This document shows, one piece after another, positions 46,984 to 56,511 of a stretch of 64,000 nucleotides of DNA. Origin of the DNA: a virus. The notes below the pieces were generated by a model that worked only from the letters and a program-made list of their open reading frames with translations, was not told where the DNA came from and did not search any database. Every line of letters starts with the position of its first letter. Position 1 is the stretch's first letter. The position numbers and the translations under genes are program-made. The DNA lies in the IMG/VR virus record IMGVR_UViG_3300023179_000035, positions 32,001 to 96,000 of that record. One strand, written 5' to 3'.

Positions 46984-47841
46984 ATGGCAAACTACACCAA
47001 AGAAGAAGCAGCATCGGCATCGTTAGATTACTTTGGCGGGGACGAGCTGGCAGCCTCAGTCTTCGTCTCCAAGTACGCGCTCAGGGACGGCTCAGGCGAA
47101 CTCCTAGAGAAGACGCCCGCAGACATGCACCGGCGGCTCGCCAAGGAGTTCGCCCGCATCGAGGCGAAGTACCCGAACCCCCTGGGCGAGGAGGAGATCT
47201 TCGACTACCTCTCCAAGTGGGAGATCGTCCCGCAGGGGTCTCCGATGTCTGCGATGGGCAACGACTACAAGCTACAGTCACTGTCCAACTGCTTTGTCGT
47301 CGCATCGCCCCAGGACTCCTACGGTGGCATCCTCTTCACCGACCAGGAGCAGGCCCAGATCATGAAACGTCGTGGCGGAGTCGGCTTCGACATCTCCACC
47401 ATCCGCCCCAAGGGAATGCACACGGCCAATGCAGCCGGCACCACCGACGGCATCGGAGTCTTCATGGAGAGGTTCTCCAACACCTGTCGTGAGGTGGCGC
47501 AGGGCGGTCGACGCGGAGCTCTGATGTTGACTATCCATTGCTTTGAAGGATCTACATTGATTCTAACAGAATCAGGGTGGATGAAGATCGAAGATATTGT
47601 CAATAATCAGTATAGCGGAAGGGTTTGGACGCACGAGGGCTGGAAAGAAATAGAGGCATATCAGAAGTTTGAAGACAGCGATCTGTACGAAGTTGAAACC
47701 GAAAATGGGAAAACGATTAAAGTGACAGCTGATCACAAATTTGTCGTCAGGAACGTCGACACTGGAGAAGAGTATCTCAAAGAGATCAAGTTTGTCGACG
47801 TAGAAAAAGAAGAACTAGTTTTTTACGATGTCAGTTTCTAA
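46984..47841 (+). CDS. nrdJ: Class II (B12-dependent) ribonucleotide reductase, N-terminal part plus N-intein
   Basis: KYALRD, SLSNCFV, KRRGGVGFDISTIRP, VAQGGRRGALMLTIH|CFEGST... Confidence 0.88.
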   Translation: MANYTKEEAASASLDYFGGDELAASVFVSKYALRDGSGELLEKTPADMHRRLAKEFARIEAKYPNPLGEEEIFDYLSKWEIVPQGSPMSAMGNDYKLQSLSNCFVVASPQDSYGGILFTDQEQAQIMKRRGGVGFDISTIRPKGMHTANAAGTTDGIGVFMERFSNTCREVAQGGRRGALMLTIHCFEGSTLILTESGWMKIEDIVNNQYSGRVWTHEGWKEIEAYQKFEDSDLYEVETENGKTIKVTADHKFVVRNVDTGEEYLKEIKFVDVEKEELVFYDVSF

Positions 47842-48940
47842 CCGCAACAATGCGTATATTGCATGTCGATCATCTTGAAAAAAACATTTGAAACATTTGA
47901 CAGAATTTATTTTGAACTGCCACAAGAAGTTGAATACTTCGGAAAAAAATGCTCCAAATTTTCGATGAATTCACCCGCAAATTTGATTAGAGCACTAAGG
48001 GCAAATGGAAATCTTCTGTGTGACATTCTCGTGGGAAAAGAAGTGTATCGGGCAGATTGGCGATCGGCTAAAATAGAAAGGAAGAAAATTGTTGTCAACA
48101 AATTTGAAACGCGCGAATCGCGAGAAGCGGCAATTCAGCTTTTTAAATTGGAAAAAAAGGCAACAATGTCTTTTAGAGATTGCGCAATTTGCGGCGCTCG
48201 ATGCAAAAAATCAAAAAAGATGATTGGCTGCTGTAGCGACGCATGCTTTCAAAAAAAATTAGCCTTGAGGAATGAGTCTGTTTCAAAAACACACTGGTGC
48301 AAGTCTTCAAAATTTGAAGAGATCACTTTGAAGAGAGTCGCACGCAGAAAGAGAAATGATGAAACGCTAAGCAGGAAATATGCTGCATGGAACTCTGGGA
48401 AGACGGGCATCTATTCACTAGAAACGATCGAAAAAATCAAGGCTGCGACTAGATCGCAATTTCATAGAGAGATTTTCAAAAAAACATCAATAGAAAAACG
48501 CGTTGATGAGCTACTCAAAGAAGCTGGAATCAAATACAAGTATTCTTTCATACTGTGCGGTCGTCAATTTGATTTTGTCGTAAACGATAAATTTCTGATA
48601 GAGTTGCATGGGGATTTTTGGCATGGCAATCCAAAAATTTACGGTCCTGGCCTAAAAGATCTTAGAGATCACCAGATAATGAAGAGGCTTGACGACAAAA
48701 TTAAACAAAGAATTGCCTGCGAACAAGGCTACGTTTATGTTGAATTATGGGAGTACGACATAAACAACAACTGGGACACGGTCAAATCAAGAATTTTGGA
48801 GATGATAAATGGAAATTAAGAGCGCGACAAAAAGCACTTCGAAGATCAAGCGTGTTAGTCCCGCGGGCAGATCAACCAGCTATGACTTTACTGTAAAAGA
48901 CACGCATAGAATTCTTGCCAATGGGTTCTACACGTCGAAC
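47539..48940 (+). mobile_element. Split intein of nrdJ (IntN 47539-47838, IntC 48809-48940) with an intervening endonuclease gene
   Basis: IntN is 100 aa: CFEGSTLILT...IKVTADHKF...*. IntC is 44 aa: ...SYDFTV..TH..ANGFYTSN|C. The whole segment is AT-rich. Confidence 0.88.
47863..48819 (+). CDS. Free-standing Vsr/DUF559-like homing endonuclease between the split-intein halves
   Basis: CAICG...CCS finger, WNSGK..YS.ETIEKIK (NUMOD3-like), TSIE, FDFVV...IELHGDFWH and ELWEYD motifs. Confidence 0.8.
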   Translation: MSIILKKTFETFDRIYFELPQEVEYFGKKCSKFSMNSPANLIRALRANGNLLCDILVGKEVYRADWRSAKIERKKIVVNKFETRESREAAIQLFKLEKKATMSFRDCAICGARCKKSKKMIGCCSDACFQKKLALRNESVSKTHWCKSSKFEEITLKRVARRKRNDETLSRKYAAWNSGKTGIYSLETIEKIKAATRSQFHREIFKKTSIEKRVDELLKEAGIKYKYSFILCGRQFDFVVNDKFLIELHGDFWHGNPKIYGPGLKDLRDHQIMKRLDDKIKQRIACEQGYVYVELWEYDINNNWDTVKSRILEMINGN

Positions 48941-51900
48941 TGTTCCCACCCCGAGATCGAGACATTCATCAGCATCAAGCGTGACCTCAAGAAGGTGACC
49001 GGGGCCAACATCTCCATCCGCCTCACCGACGCCTTCATGCAGGCCGTCAAGGACGACTCAGAGTACACTCTCCGCTGGCCGGTGGAGTGCACGCCAGAGA
49101 CAGCCAAGATCACCAAGGTGGTGAAGGCCAAGGAGGTCTGGGACCAGATCATCGATGCCGCATGGACTTCCGCGGAGCCTGGTCTTCTCTTCTGGGACAC
49201 AGTTAAGAAGAACACTCCGACTGAGGCTTATGCCGATAAGGGATACAGCTCAGTCTCCACCAATCCGTGTCTTGCATATGACACACAAATTGCTGTTGCT
49301 GATGGGCGCGGCTACGTTTCTATCGGCGATCTAGCTGCTGCTGGTATGGATGTACCAGTCTACGCTCATGACAATGACACGGGCAGGATCGTTGTAAAGA
49401 CTATGAGAAACCCGCGCCTTACTGGCGAGAGCATGCCTGTCTATAGAGTTACGATTGAAGGTGGTCACACGTTCAGGGCGACCAGCAACCACACGATGAT
49501 ACTCCGCGATGGAACGCGGAAGACTGTGCAGGACCTGCAGCCGGGAGATCAACTATGGGTCGCCCAAAAGGCTCACGCCAAATTTAATGAAGTTCTGCCT
49601 GGCCTCCAAGCGACACAATCGCAGGATTATATCTGGGTCAAAGATTGCAACTCTAAGTCGTGGAAGGCTGAACACAGAATTCTTTGGGAAGCACACCATG
49701 ACCGAAAGTTGGGTCTGCATGAGGTTATCCACCATGTAGATTTCAACGCGTCCAACAACGCAGTTGACAACCTGCTCTTGATGAGCAAAGAAGATCATGA
49801 CGCCTACCATGCATCTTTAATCAAGGGCAAGAACAATCCGATCTTCAAGATCAAGTCAGATCCTGCAAGATTTGCTGAGTACTCGGCAAAGATGTCTCAG
49901 TCTACTGGCGGGCTGAACAACCCAAGAGCTTACGACATTAGCAACGAAGAGCTGATGAAACACATTGAAGCTCTTGTCACATCTCTTGGGCGTCGCCCAA
50001 GCGGCGGCGACTGGGAGAGCTATGCTGCGCAAAACTCATTGCCTAAGTTTTTGAACTCATTTAGGCTAGGTGGCAAGAAGTTCTCACAGGTCGCTTCCGA
50101 GCTTTCTGATAAGCTTGGTATTGCGAATGACCTAACGTCAGCTGACCCGCGAATGGCGGCTAGAGCCCTTGAGGCGCAAGAGTCTGGATACTCATGGCGT
50201 ATCTTGAACAACGAACTAGAAGTCGAGAAGAAGTGTGAGTGGTGCGAGGCTAACTTCTGGAGTGCATACGATAGGAGAGAGATTTCTTTCTGCGGTCACT
50301 CTTGCTCAAATTATTACGCAAACCGTAAGGCTGGCAAGAATGCTGCTCGTGCCGCTTCTCTTCAAAAGATGCACGAAGAGAGGGGCACGAAGAACAGAGT
50401 CGAACAGCTAAATGTCTACACCAAGCTGCGGTTTGAGCTTGGCAGAGACCCTCTGCTCGATGAGTGGGCAGACGCCTGCAAGTCGAACGAACTACCCGTA
50501 AGGCTGGGGACGAAGAACGGCTTTGCTTCTTGGAAGCAGCTGAAATCTGAGGCTTCGCTTCACAACCACCGTGTTGTGTCTGTCGAATTTGCTGGACACG
50601 AAGACGTGTACAACGGGACAGTGGATGACGTTCACACGCTACTGTTCAAAGTTGGACAAGAAAGTGTCAAAGGCTTACGCAACCCTATCGACGTAATAAT
50701 CGCAAGTGAACAATGCGGAGAGATCGTCCTGTCTCCATACGACTCCTGCAGGCTCCTCCTCCTCAATCTCAGTAAGTTTGTCAATGACCCCTTCACACCC
50801 TCTGCTAAGTTCGACCACGAGCGTTTCAGCAAGGCAGTGGTAGTAGCACAGCGCCTCATGGACGACCTCGTCGACCTGGAGCTAGAGGCCGTCGACAAGA
50901 TCGTCGCCAAGGTGAAGGATGATCCAGAGACGGAAGAGGTGAAGCGGTCTGAGGTCGGCCTGTGGACCAAGATCCGTGAGGCCGCGACCAACGGCCGCAG
51001 GACGGGGCTCGGAGTCACCGCTCTCGGCGATGCCCTGGCCTTCCTCAACGTCCGCTATGGCTCCCAGGAGTCGGTCGACAAGACAGAGGAGATCTACAAG
51101 GCTCTGGAGACGGGAGCCTACACCTCCACCATCACCATGGCGTCAGAGCGCGGGTCGTTCCCAGCCTTCTCACACGCAGCGGAGGCTTCTCATCCCTTCG
51201 TCCAGAAGGTGGTGGCAGCACTACCCCAGGACGTCCAGGACCTCTACAAGAAGGTCGGCCGTCGCAACATCGCACTCACCACGACAGCTCCTGCAGGATC
51301 AGTGTCCTGCCTCACTCAGACGACCAGCGGCATTGAGCCTGCCTTCCTCGTCTCCTATACCCGTCGCAAGAAGCTCACCTCCACCGACGTCACCTCACGG
51401 GTCGACTTCGTGGATCAGCTCGGCGACAAGTGGCAGGAGTACAAGGTCTACCACCACGGCTACAAGAAGTGGATGGAGGTCACAGGCAAGGGCGACGTGG
51501 TGGAGGAGTCTCCTTACTGGAAGGCGACGTCCAACGACGTGGACTGGCCCATGTCTGTCAAGCTCCAGGCTGCAGCCCAGAAGTGGGTGTGTCACTCCCT
51601 GTCCAAGACCTGCAACCTTCCAGCCGACACGACTCGTGAGACTGTCGCAGACGTCTACATGTCGGCGTGGGAGAGCGGCTGCAAGGGATTCACAGTATAC
51701 CGAGACGGCTGCCGCAGCGGCGTCCTGGTGGCCGAGGAGCCGAAGGCTGAGAAGAACGTTGACGTCGGGCAGCCCACGTCCATCCTAGAAAATCACGCGC
51801 CCAAGAGGCCCAAGGAACTGCCGTGCGACATACACAGAATAAACGTGAAGGGCTCTGGAGGCCCGGAGAGCTATCTCGTCTTGGTAGGCAAGCTCGATGG

Positions 51901-52345
51901 GATGCCATACGAGGTCTTCTGTGGGCTGTCGTCCCACGTCGAGGTACCCAAGAAGGTGAAGAGCGGCGTCCTCATCAAGAACGGCAAGAAGGACGGCCTG
52001 GCGACCTACAACCTCCAGATACCGCTAGGCGACGACGACTGCCTCCTCTTTAAGGACGTCGTCAACCTCTTCGACAACCCCAACTACGGCTCGTTCACCA
52101 GGACAATATCGCTGGCCCTCCGCCACGGCGTCCCCGTTTCGTACGTCTGTGAACAGCTCCAAAAGGACAAGCACAGCGACATGCAGAGCTTCTCAAGGGT
52201 CTTGTCTCGAGTCCTAAAGGGGTACATCCCAGACGGCACCAAGTCAGCTTCAGACAAGAAGTGCGGCAGCTGCGGCCTCGAGGGGCTCGTCTACAAGGAA
52301 GGGTGCGTCTCTTGCATCAACTGCGGCGCCAGCCGCTGCGCGTAA
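48809..52345 (+). CDS. nrdJ: C-intein plus nrdJ C-terminal part containing a second (cis) intein
   Basis: CSHPEIETFI, ANISI, AEPGLLF, STNP|intein|CGEI, RRTGLG, TTAPAGSVS, TSGIEP, KGFTVYRDGCR and a C-terminal Zn ribbon. Confidence 0.9.
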   Translation: MEIKSATKSTSKIKRVSPAGRSTSYDFTVKDTHRILANGFYTSNCSHPEIETFISIKRDLKKVTGANISIRLTDAFMQAVKDDSEYTLRWPVECTPETAKITKVVKAKEVWDQIIDAAWTSAEPGLLFWDTVKKNTPTEAYADKGYSSVSTNPCLAYDTQIAVADGRGYVSIGDLAAAGMDVPVYAHDNDTGRIVVKTMRNPRLTGESMPVYRVTIEGGHTFRATSNHTMILRDGTRKTVQDLQPGDQLWVAQKAHAKFNEVLPGLQATQSQDYIWVKDCNSKSWKAEHRILWEAHHDRKLGLHEVIHHVDFNASNNAVDNLLLMSKEDHDAYHASLIKGKNNPIFKIKSDPARFAEYSAKMSQSTGGLNNPRAYDISNEELMKHIEALVTSLGRRPSGGDWESYAAQNSLPKFLNSFRLGGKKFSQVASELSDKLGIANDLTSADPRMAARALEAQESGYSWRILNNELEVEKKCEWCEANFWSAYDRREISFCGHSCSNYYANRKAGKNAARAASLQKMHEERGTKNRVEQLNVYTKLRFELGRDPLLDEWADACKSNELPVRLGTKNGFASWKQLKSEASLHNHRVVSVEFAGHEDVYNGTVDDVHTLLFKVGQESVKGLRNPIDVIIASEQCGEIVLSPYDSCRLLLLNLSKFVNDPFTPSAKFDHERFSKAVVVAQRLMDDLVDLELEAVDKIVAKVKDDPETEEVKRSEVGLWTKIREAATNGRRTGLGVTALGDALAFLNVRYGSQESVDKTEEIYKALETGAYTSTITMASERGSFPAFSHAAEASHPFVQKVVAALPQDVQDLYKKVGRRNIALTTTAPAGSVSCLTQTTSGIEPAFLVSYTRRKKLTSTDVTSRVDFVDQLGDKWQEYKVYHHGYKKWMEVTGKGDVVEESPYWKATSNDVDWPMSVKLQAAAQKWVCHSLSKTCNLPADTTRETVADVYMSAWESGCKGFTVYRDGCRSGVLVAEEPKAEKNVDVGQPTSILENHAPKRPKELPCDIHRINVKGSGGPESYLVLVGKLDGMPYEVFCGLSSHVEVPKKVKSGVLIKNGKKDGLATYNLQIPLGDDDCLLFKDVVNLFDNPNYGSFTRTISLALRHGVPVSYVCEQLQKDKHSDMQSFSRVLSRVLKGYIPDGTKSASDKKCGSCGLEGLVYKEGCVSCINCGASRCA
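49268..50713 (+). mobile_element. Cis intein (482 aa) with HNH endonuclease, at the NP|CGE catalytic Cys
   Basis: Starts CLAYDTQIAVADG; block B ATSNH; HNH EHR...IHHVDFNASNN..DNL...H; block F VYNGTVDDVH; ends SEQ|C. Confidence 0.88.
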
Positions 52346-52357
52346 CGTCATAGTTAA

Positions 52358-52660
52358 GTGTCAATGAAGAAGACAAAGAGAGTCGTGCTTGGCGTTGACC
52401 TCGACGCACTGTCACCACCGCCCCAGCAGGCCCTATCAGAAGGCCTGCTGGGGACGGAGTCAGACGCTAAGATAACGCAGGCTGTGGAAGCTTTAGTCGG
52501 CATACTGGAGCAGGCTATCCAAAATCACATACGGCAGGACATGTCGAAGGACCCTGTCCAGAGGAGCGAGGCGATGGTAGAAGCCAGCGGGCGCATCAAT
52601 GCCATAAGGAAGTCTGTGACGCAGGCGGTGGTAGACTGCCTGACAGCTTCTCACTTGTGA
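52358..52660 (+). CDS. Hypothetical protein
   Basis: ~100-aa ORF directly after ATAGTTA (52350-52356). Confidence 0.55.
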   Translation: MSMKKTKRVVLGVDLDALSPPPQQALSEGLLGTESDAKITQAVEALVGILEQAIQNHIRQDMSKDPVQRSEAMVEASGRINAIRKSVTQAVVDCLTASHL

Positions 52661-52712
52661 CACGGTAGAATGAACTGTCACCTAGCTAGTTTGTAACTTA
52701 TTACACACAGGC

Positions 52713-53486
52713 ATGCGACAGTTCAGCCCAAGCGTATTCTTCAAGTCAGTGGACGTCCTAGACAAGGGCTCGGTAGAGCTCTTTGACGCCATGCTGATGG
52801 ACCCACGGCTCAAGGTCGTCAATTCAGCCCGCGTCTCCTTCAGCAAGACGTCAGATGAATTCTCCGACAAGGACGCCAAGCTCGTCAAGTACCTCTACGA
52901 GCACGGCCACTTCTCGACCTACCGCCACTCCTACTTCTCTTTTAGGATCAAGGCACCTCTCTTCGTCTTCCGCCAGTGGTGGAAGTACCAGGTCGGATCG
53001 AACTGGGAGGAGGGAGATGAGCTTGGATCTCCTGTCATCGTTCCTGATACGAGCTGGAACGAGCAGAGCGGCAGGTATGCAGAGTTCAAGCCGGAATTTT
53101 ACATCCCGTCGAAGATCCGCAAGCAGTCAGCCAGCAACAAGCAGGGGTCATCTGGCGAGAGCGTCGATAGCATCAGCGTTTTGTCAGACATTCATGTCGG
53201 CCAGAAGACAAGCGTCCCGGCCCGGGATTATTTCCTAGAGGCCTGCCAGAAGTCTTTTGAGCACTACACCACCATGGTCGAAGCCGGCGTCGCCAAAGAG
53301 GTAGCCCGCCTCGTTCTCCCCCAGAACATCTACTCTGAGTGCATCTGGACGTGCTCTCTCCAGACCCTCATCCACTTCTTCAACCAGCGTCTAAAGCCGG
53401 ACGCGCAGCTCGAGATCAGAGAGTACGCTGAAGCTGTCTTCAGCCTTGTAGAACCCCTGACCCAGGGGCTAATTTCCAAGCCATGA
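52713..53486 (+). CDS. thyX: Flavin-dependent thymidylate synthase
   Basis: VVNSARVSF, L..HGH.S, IKAPLFVFRQW, WNEQSGRY, EVARLVLP and AQLEIREYA motifs. Confidence 0.92.
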   Translation: MRQFSPSVFFKSVDVLDKGSVELFDAMLMDPRLKVVNSARVSFSKTSDEFSDKDAKLVKYLYEHGHFSTYRHSYFSFRIKAPLFVFRQWWKYQVGSNWEEGDELGSPVIVPDTSWNEQSGRYAEFKPEFYIPSKIRKQSASNKQGSSGESVDSISVLSDIHVGQKTSVPARDYFLEACQKSFEHYTTMVEAGVAKEVARLVLPQNIYSECIWTCSLQTLIHFFNQRLKPDAQLEIREYAEAVFSLVEPLTQGLISKP

Positions 53487-54064
53487 GCGCCAAGTTAATC
53501 GTGATCGAGGGACCAGATTCGTGCGGTAAGAACACTCAGTCAAGGCTCTTGGCTGAGCACTACAGGCTACAGGGAAAGAAATCTCTCTGCATCCAAGTTC
53601 CCATCATGGATGGCATCACTTACACCATGATCTACGCTTCCCTAAAGTCCGGGATCGCTGGGAAGTACCCCAACTTCTTCCAAGCGCTAAACGCTCTCAA
53701 CAGGTTCTTGTTCCAGTGGGCTGTCCTCCCGATCCTATCTCTGGTCTACGACTACATCATCTTCGATAGGTGGTCTCTCTCGATGGTGGTCTACGGAGAC
53801 GCGTCGGGAGCAGATCCTAATCTAACAAGAAGGTTGCACCGGATGGTGAAGCAGCCTGATTTCACAGTCATCATCAACGGCCCCTCCCACGCCCGTCGCA
53901 GCAGAGATTCTTACGAGAGAGATTCAAACCTCCAGCGTCTCGTCCGCGTTGGGTACGCCGATTGGTACGATAAGAATCCCAAGAATACAGCCCTTGTCCT
54001 CTCCAACGGTGGCACCGCAATTCAAATTCATGACCAGATACTAACAGCCCTTAAGGGTGTATAA
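53483..54064 (+). CDS. tmk: Thymidylate kinase
   Basis: IVIEGPDSCGKNTQ, IIFDRWSLS..VYG and QPD motifs. Confidence 0.85.
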   Translation: MSAKLIVIEGPDSCGKNTQSRLLAEHYRLQGKKSLCIQVPIMDGITYTMIYASLKSGIAGKYPNFFQALNALNRFLFQWAVLPILSLVYDYIIFDRWSLSMVVYGDASGADPNLTRRLHRMVKQPDFTVIINGPSHARRSRDSYERDSNLQRLVRVGYADWYDKNPKNTALVLSNGGTAIQIHDQILTALKGV

Positions 54065-54083
54065 CTTACAAAGGAGAAAACAC

Positions 54084-54326
54084 ATGACACTAAAGCTTGC
54101 AGACAGCGTTCTTCATCGTTTTGTTCAGATCATCCAGGAGGCCATGCTGACCGGGACTGATTGCGCCGATCACATGAGAATGGTGCGCCTCGTAGCGGAT
54201 TCATCTGACCCGCACACTCTTGTCCTATCGGATGAGTACAAGGCTCAGGTGGAGCAGATTCACAAGAAATATTTGGCTGAAATTGAGGCTAGGACGTCGC
54301 AGGGGTCTAAGTCAATTGAAAATTGA
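54084..54326 (+). CDS. Small hypothetical protein
   Basis: AAGGAG RBS; MTLKLADSV...QIIQEAMLTGTD. Confidence 0.65.
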   Translation: MTLKLADSVLHRFVQIIQEAMLTGTDCADHMRMVRLVADSSDPHTLVLSDEYKAQVEQIHKKYLAEIEARTSQGSKSIEN

Positions 54327-54494
54327 GCTTGAGTTTTTCTTTATCGTAGGCGTCCTAATAGGGCTGTGGATTGTCTTTCACAAGGAAGGTTCTGAGTAAG
54401 AGAAAAATTTTAGGCAGCCCCTTCCCTTCCTTGAGATGGTGATTACTACATCCGAGCGGTTGAAAATGACAGCCGCAGAGGAGAAGACAAGACG

Positions 54495-54863
54495 ATGCTC
54501 TCAAGGTACAAGAATGATATCGTGTCACCATACTACAGCCTGTTTGATTATGACCTATTCGGACTATACCCTGCCGATATTCTGCCAACGGCCTACAGGG
54601 CCAAGAAGGTAGACAGGGGCTTAGAGATATCTCTTGACGTTCCAGGAGTCAAGCCTGAGGACCTTAACGTCACCCTTGAGGGTAGGACTCTCAAGGTGAA
54701 AGGACAGTCACGTGGAAGGCAGCTGTCGTACTCATACATCATCCCTAGGGACTATGACGCAAGCGCTGTCGATGCGCAGCTGGAAAATGGCGTCTTGACT
54801 CTTGTCTTTGACAGGGCTGCAGAACTAGAACCAAAGAAGGTAGAAGTCAGGACTGTGTCCTAA
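54495..54863 (+). CDS. Small heat-shock protein (Hsp20)
   Basis: DVPGVKPEDLNV and A.LENGVLTL alpha-crystallin motifs. Confidence 0.88.
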   Translation: MLSRYKNDIVSPYYSLFDYDLFGLYPADILPTAYRAKKVDRGLEISLDVPGVKPEDLNVTLEGRTLKVKGQSRGRQLSYSYIIPRDYDASAVDAQLENGVLTLVFDRAAELEPKKVEVRTVS

Positions 54864-54882
54864 CATCCGCCACACTTGTGGT

Positions 54883-54922
54883 TGCGACAGGGGAGGCAAT
54901 TTGCCTCCCCTGTCGCATATTT
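54883..54922 (+). terminator. Strong hairpin / terminator after hsp20
   Basis: tgcgacaggggaggcaa-t-ttgcctcccctgtcgca followed by tattt. Confidence 0.7.
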
Positions 54923-54929
54923 ACGACTT

Positions 54930-55571
54930 GTGGAATCTCTAGAAGAGAAGAAGCGTAGAAAAAAAATTAATCCTGTCTACCTAAAGGGCGTAGGCGGAAA
55001 GGCTCGTACTGAGCGTCGAAGAGAGATCGAGCGCCGCTCTAAAGAGCCGCACGAGGATCCGCACTCCTATAGGCCCTTTAAGACAGACAGGAACACAAGA
55101 ACTGGCAAGACTCGGAAGACGAAGCCCTCAAAGTGGAACGAAAAAGTCAGGCAAATGTTTGGAGAAGCCATGAGTGACGTAGATTTTACAGTTGAAGAGC
55201 TGATGGAAGCAGAGCTCGACCTCCTGGAAGCGGAGCTCATTGAAGAGGATACCGACGCTCTAGAGGGGGCTGAGCTGCTGGAGTCGTACCTTGTCGAGTA
55301 CCTTCTCTTGGAGAAGAAGAAGGGCAAGTCCAACGTCACCCAAGCTCTCAAGAACAAGGCTAAGAAGGCTAACGCACCGATGGGAGCACTTAGAGCGATC
55401 TACAACAAGGGCTTGGCCGCCTGGAGGACAGGACACCGTCCAGGAGCATCACAAGCAGCGTGGGGAATGGCACGTGTCAATTCAGTCCTAGCAGGCGGCC
55501 CTGCTCGTAAAGTTGACGCCGCTCAGTGGAAGAGCATTCAAAAACACCGCGCTAAGAAGCGCAAGAAGTGA
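54930..55571 (+). CDS. Basic/acidic protein with DUF5824-like C-terminus (candidate head-internal protein)
   Basis: YNKGLAAWRTGHRPGASQAAWGMARVNS motif and many L-x-E sites; GTG 7 nt after ATATTTA. Confidence 0.6.
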   Translation: MESLEEKKRRKKINPVYLKGVGGKARTERRREIERRSKEPHEDPHSYRPFKTDRNTRTGKTRKTKPSKWNEKVRQMFGEAMSDVDFTVEELMEAELDLLEAELIEEDTDALEGAELLESYLVEYLLLEKKKGKSNVTQALKNKAKKANAPMGALRAIYNKGLAAWRTGHRPGASQAAWGMARVNSVLAGGPARKVDAAQWKSIQKHRAKKRKK

Positions 55572-55576
55572 CAGAG

Positions 55577-55953
55577 ATGGTAGGACTCATCAAGCTCCTG
55601 GTCAAGGAGATGTTGTTGGTTCTACTTGCGTGAGAGATAGCTCGATAGACGGCAGAGGCCTATTCGCAGGTGGCTACATCCCGCCTGGATTTGATAAGCT
55701 ATACTCTGCAGGTTACCCTAACACACTCGATAGGTCGCAGAGAGCTGAGTTTGAGAAATACGCGTCTTTTGATGGTGAAGTTTGGACCCTCTCTGGGGAC
55801 GGCGCTGTTTTCATAAATCGCAGTGATGAACCTAACTTGGCTGTCGCGCCTGGTCCTAGGAGGCCTTCGACACGAGATCTAGTCGCTGTCAAGAGCATAT
55901 TGCCTGGAGAAGAGCTAACCATGGACTACGGTGAGGTAGGCATCGACTCGTAG
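55577..55953 (+). CDS. SET-domain protein; start and domain are one frame apart (break near 55619-55623)
   Basis: SIDGRGLFA, FINRSDEPN and I.PGEELTMDY motifs in frame 1. The ATG-led MVGLIKLLVKEMLLV is in frame 2. Confidence 0.7.
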
Positions 55954-55977
55954 GATCAAACAGTTAAAAAACTTCAC

Positions 55978-56511
55978 ATGGTGCTGTATGGTACTAACAC
56001 CATGAGTCCCGATAAAGACGCCGCTCTCTGCGCCAAGTATCCCAAGATCTTTCGTGATCGTAACGCACCGATGAACCAGACCTGCATGTGCTGGGGATTT
56101 GACGTCGGAGACGGCTGGTACGACCTGATCGACACCCTGTGCGACGACATCCAGAATGAAGTTGACAACGACGTTCGCCAGCAGGGCTACAAGATCGAGC
56201 GTGGCGACCTGAAGCCAGAGGACGCAATCCCTGAGGAGGACATGCAGGTCGTTGCCATACAGGTCAAGGAGAAGTTCGGTGGCTTGCGCTTCTACACCAG
56301 CGGTGCCTCCGAGCGTGTCGACGGCATGATCTCCATGGCAGAGAGCATGTCATACAAGATCTGTGAGACCTGCGGCAGCCCAGGTCGTCCCAACAAGGAC
56401 GGGTGGATTGCTACGCTTTGTGACCCATGCCGAGAAGCTCGCGACAAGGAGAGAGCTGCCCGTGATGCCGAGCTAAAGAGCAGGCTGGACCTCAAGCAAG
56501 GCACGCCGTGA
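55978..56511 (+). CDS. Conserved phage hypothetical protein
   Basis: GFDVGDGWYDLI, QVKEKFGGLRFY and CETCGSPG...GWIATLC motifs. Confidence 0.75.
   Translation: MVLYGTNTMSPDKDAALCAKYPKIFRDRNAPMNQTCMCWGFDVGDGWYDLIDTLCDDIQNEVDNDVRQQGYKIERGDLKPEDAIPEEDMQVVAIQVKEKFGGLRFYTSGASERVDGMISMAESMSYKICETCGSPGRPNKDGWIATLCDPCREARDKERAARDAELKSRLDLKQGTP

Noticed and set aside
54327-54494. Heat-shock promoter or RNA thermometer upstream of hsp20
   Set aside because: Only a small hairpin (gcggttg...cagccgc); no convincing sigma32, CIRCE or ROSE match.
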